Assembly: GCA_013239625.1 (NCBI GenBank) | Contig: MU053881.1 | Coordinates: 8,021,957 to 8,085,956 of the forward strand | Reading direction: 5' to 3' | DNA length: 64,000 nt | Source: Lama guanicoe | Taxonomy: Eukaryota | Part shown: in pieces, positions 60,566 to 64,000 of the stretch | How the letters are laid out: each line of letters begins with the position of its first letter | Position numbering within the stretch: position 1 is the stretch's first letter | Notes under the pieces: model-generated | Seen by the model: the letters and a program-made list of their open reading frames with translations, nothing else | Told to the model about the DNA's origin: nothing | Database searches by the model: none | Translations under genes and position numbers: made by a program

Positions 60566-60879
60566 TTGTAGGCATTTTGCCTAATACCAGCAGACTCACA
60601 CCTGAGACACAGGAGGCCTTTGCATCTTGGACCCAAGACTTCCCCTGAAATGAGACCAGCTACTTAAGGAAGTAGGATGCTGTATTTGTTAATTAAGAAA
60701 ATGAATGCAGTGATTTGCACTTATGTACTCTGTTGGAATATAGAAAGCACTTGCCTGTCCATTATCCATGAAGTTTATCCTAATTTNNNNNNNNNNNNNN
60801 NNNNNNNNNNNNNNNNNNNNNNNNNNNNNNNNNNNNNNNNNNNNNNNNNNNNNNNNNNNNNNNNNNNNNNNNNNNNNAA

Positions 60880-63260
60880 ATTCTATTGGGCAGACACACA
60901 GCTTCAAACAAAGTGGGGGGAAAGAAAGGAAACCTTTTGAGCCAGGTGGACCTCTCCCCTGCCCACAGCCAAAACTGACAAATTAAACCAAAACATCTTA
61001 CTGGGTTAAAAAAAAAAATTGGCAGGGGATTCTCTCAGGTACATAATTAGATCCTTACAACCAGGTGTCTTCTGGCACCAGATTTCTGCACGTGATGGAA
61101 GGACCTCGGAGTCGCAGTTGTGCCCTCTGAAGGGGCACGCTGGTGATGGAGGCACAGACTCAAGTCAGATGCCAGTAGCTGGAATCCTGGTGATGCTTCC
61201 CGGACCATTTAGTGACACAGGGAAGTCTGGAGCAGAACAGAAGGCATCATCGGGCTGATAATGAGAGCTCCCCAATCCCGTCAAATGTAACTGATTCGTT
61301 GCTACATTGTGATAATCCCAGGGATTAGTGAACTGTTAAGAAGCTCAGCCTCTGTACCAACTGGCTAGAGATGATCCGTCAATTATAATGCTGTTTCGTG
61401 AACACAAAGAGCCTTATTTGGGGTTGCGTGTGATAATTAAATGAAGAAAGCTGCTTATTTGGACTGGAAGCATTCGTTATACCGTGTCAGACCTAGAAGG
61501 GTGGTAGTTTGGAAAGAAATCACATTAAATCCTAAGGCTGCAAGGAGGTTCTCTTCCCCCCAGGAGGGATGGCTGAATGACTGGAATATCTTAATCCACA
61601 GCTTGCCTGCCTGAATCCAGGGGTTTCTATCTTGACTGGCCCTCTCTGCATTTTCTATTGGTAACCCAGACCCACCCTCCACCCCCCACCCCCGCCAAGC
61701 AGTCCTCCACTGGGCTGCTTTAGATTGGCTCCACTGTCTACAACTCTTTCCCTCCTGTGGCCACGAGTGAACACGTGGCTGCAGCATCCAGGTCCTAGCC
61801 TTGCCCTGTAACTGGGCTGTCCAGTACTGTAGGCATTTGCCACGTGTGGCCACTGAGCACTCTCAATCTGTCTGGCTCCAACTGAGATGTACATAAAATA
61901 CACACCAGATTCTGAAGACTTGGTGTGAAAAAAAAGAATGTAAAGTAGCTCATTAATATATTTTTACATCGATTACATGTCGAAGTGATCATATCTGGGA
62001 ACTATCACATTAAATGCAATACTTCATTAACACTCATCTCAACTGTTTCCTTTTATTGTTTTTAATGCAGCTAAGAGAACAACTTTAATTGCATTGGCGG
62101 CTCCTATGGGACAGCACTGTTCTAGAGCTAGCAGGTCTTCCCTGGAGGGGTGTTGGCCTCTGCACGCCTCAGCTCTTGAGATGCTCCGTCGGCCAGCACA
62201 GAGGGTTGCTTGGCTTTGACCTGGGGGAGTTAGTTTGGATTGGCCCTGCACTCTCCCCAGCTCACCCCCTCAGTATTACTATTGTCCACTTTCAGCCTGC
62301 CTTACCCATTTGCTTTAACCTGTGAAGCCCTGATACATTTGAGTTTGTGGTCTCCGGAACATCCGCCCAGAAAGAGGCAGAAAGGGTGCCCACGCTAGGA
62401 GCTACTCAGAGAGCCAGCCAGTAGCCCCATCTCCACCTGCAGCCTCTGGTCGCATCTCGTAGCCCTCAGGCCTCAGCCTGGGTGCTCAGCCCTGCTGTGC
62501 TTGAACAGCAGGCCTTCATCCCAGCTCCCGGCCCTTGGTCTGCCCGTCAGCCTGGCGGCGCCGTCCTGCTCGTTACCTGCCCCCCCGGGATTTCCCACCT
62601 AGATTGCAGCCCTCCTAGCGAACTACAGGGAATCACCTGGCTGTGAAGCCCCACCAGGAATGTCCTCATCTCAGGAAGGCAGAGTCTTCCCCGTGGGTTT
62701 GGGAGGATCAGGGGCAGAGTGCTTAGTTTTCTTCCACCGTATCTCTGGGATCCCAGGAAAGGGTGTAATCACCCAGGGACTCTCAGCTCTTCCTAGATCA
62801 GCCTCCAGACGGGGTCCCTGGGTGACCTTCTAAAATATAGACTAAATGTTGTCACTGCCTGCCTCAGTCGCCTCCTGGGAGGAGGCCCTGTCTACCCATC
62901 TATCTGTCTGTCAGTCTATCTATTTATCTATCTACCAGTCTGTCTGTCTATCCACCAATCTGTCTTCTATCTACCTTCCTACCAGTCTACCTATTTATCT
63001 ATCTACCAGTCTGTCTGTCTGTCTATCTACCTATCTGTCTTGTAGGCATTTTGCCTAATACCAGCAGACTCACACCTGAGACACAGGAGGCCTTTGCATC
63101 TTGGACCCAAGACTTCCCCTGAAATGAGACCAGCTACTTAAGGAAGTAGGATGCTGTATTTGTTAATTAAGAAAATGAATGCAGTGATTTGCACTTATGT
63201 ACTCTGTTGGAATATAGAAAGCACTTGCCTGTCCATTATCCATGAAGTTTATCCTAATTT
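60880..63260 (+). repeat. Copy 2 of the gap-flanking duplication, with an extra 266 bp
   Basis: Near-identical to 58643-60786 apart from the insert 62519-62784, a few clustered substitutions or 1-bp indels, and a different microsatellite. Confidence 0.97.
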
Positions 63261-63380
63261 CGCAGAAACAGAAATTGAGGCTCAGAGAGTTAAACGAATG
63301 CTCTTGAAGACACACAGCCCACTAAGTAGCACAGCTGGGACATGAACTCGGCCCCTAATCACACACACTAATCGTTCTAC
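63200..63380 (-). mobile_element. MIR SINE fragment
   Basis: cagaaacagaaattgaggctcagagagttaaacg...gacacacagcccactaagtagcacagctgggacatgaactc. Confidence 0.75.
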
Positions 63381-63469
63381 CCATGTTCTCAAACTTATTT
63401 CAAGTGTCCAGAGCTCATCCCCAGGGTTTCTGATTCAGTAGGTCTGGGATGGGTCCCAGGAATCTACAT

Positions 63470-63790
63470 GAAAATTTTTTTAATTATGGAAAATGTCACC
63501 CATGTATGAAAGTCAAGCACAGATTATCAGTGAACCCCCTTCATATACCCATCACTCAGCTCCAATAAGTTTCAGCTCATGGCCAGTCTTGTTTCGTGTC
63601 TACCTCTACCCAGTTCTCTGTCTTCTATTTTATTTTGAAGCAAAACCCAGACATCATCATTTCATTCTTAATTATTTCAATAGGTATCTCTCAAAGAAAA
63701 AGACCTAAGTAAAAGGAAAAATGGTAACATAGCAAACATTTTAAAACATCAGAAGCATAACATTATATACCATGATCGTATCTAAATTAC
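63470..63790 (-). mobile_element. Old L1M (L1MC/ME-like) 3' fragment, preceded by a MER5A remnant (~63383-63465)
   Basis: cagggtttctgattcagtaggtctgggatggg (MER5A); atacccatcactcagctccaataag...ggccagtcttgtttc...tattttgaagcaaaacccagacatcat (L1). Confidence 0.75.
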
Positions 63791-64000
63791 TTTAGAAATC
63801 AGGGATCTATATTTTTTCAAGGCACCATCAGTAAGAACATTCTGATCAGGTAGACGGTGAACCCCGCTGTGAGAACGGCAGCTGTGCCTTGCCAGCTCTT
63901 AATGACATCTTCGAACTGTCCTGATTTTTATCAAACTGTCCACTTTGAAAGACAAAACCAAAGTACTTGATGAAACAGATCTGCACCCGTGCAAGTCCCA

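Larger units (their letters stand above)
58643..60786 (+). repeat. Copy 1 of a near-identical duplication flanking an assembly gap
   Basis: Matches 60880-63260 (offset 2237 at the start, 2474 at the end) and ends at the N-run 60787-60877. Confidence 0.97.

Noticed and set aside
60343..60648. Hydrophobic repetitive ORF (LSVCLSVYL...)
   Set aside because: It is the translation of a tetranucleotide microsatellite.
1..64000. A novel multi-gene system (operon, defence island, retron and the like)
   Set aside because: The window is non-coding mammalian DNA with no gene-dense region, and nothing in the sequence supports such a system.

Overview
This is mammalian, not prokaryotic, genomic DNA. It is most likely from a camelid (Camelus or Vicugna): it carries two tRNA-Ala-derived vic-1-type SINEs, several artiodactyl-type L1 3' ends and an internally deleted Tigger1 derivative. 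I find no credible protein-coding exon, RNA gene or CRISPR array. The ORF track consists of chance ORFs plus decayed L1 ORF2 fragments. The window looks like a large intron or gene desert, rich in old repeats (MIR, L2, L1M, MER5A, MER33, MER58A, MaLR/ERVL LTRs) and interleaved with repeat-free, homeobox-motif-rich blocks that resemble conserved non-coding enhancers. I cannot name the host gene. The most notable structures are a young-looking 465-bp ERV1-type solo LTR whose terminus is internally duplicated, a short L1 insertion with a probable 3' transduction that contains a hairpin, an ungapped 260-bp tandem duplication, and a ~2.2-2.4 kb near-identical duplication around a 91-N gap (probably an assembly or haplotype artefact that exposes a 266-bp indel). 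I see no support for a novel multi-gene system. Repeat family names come from recognising consensus motifs by eye, and boundaries are approximate unless target-site duplications (TSDs) are given.
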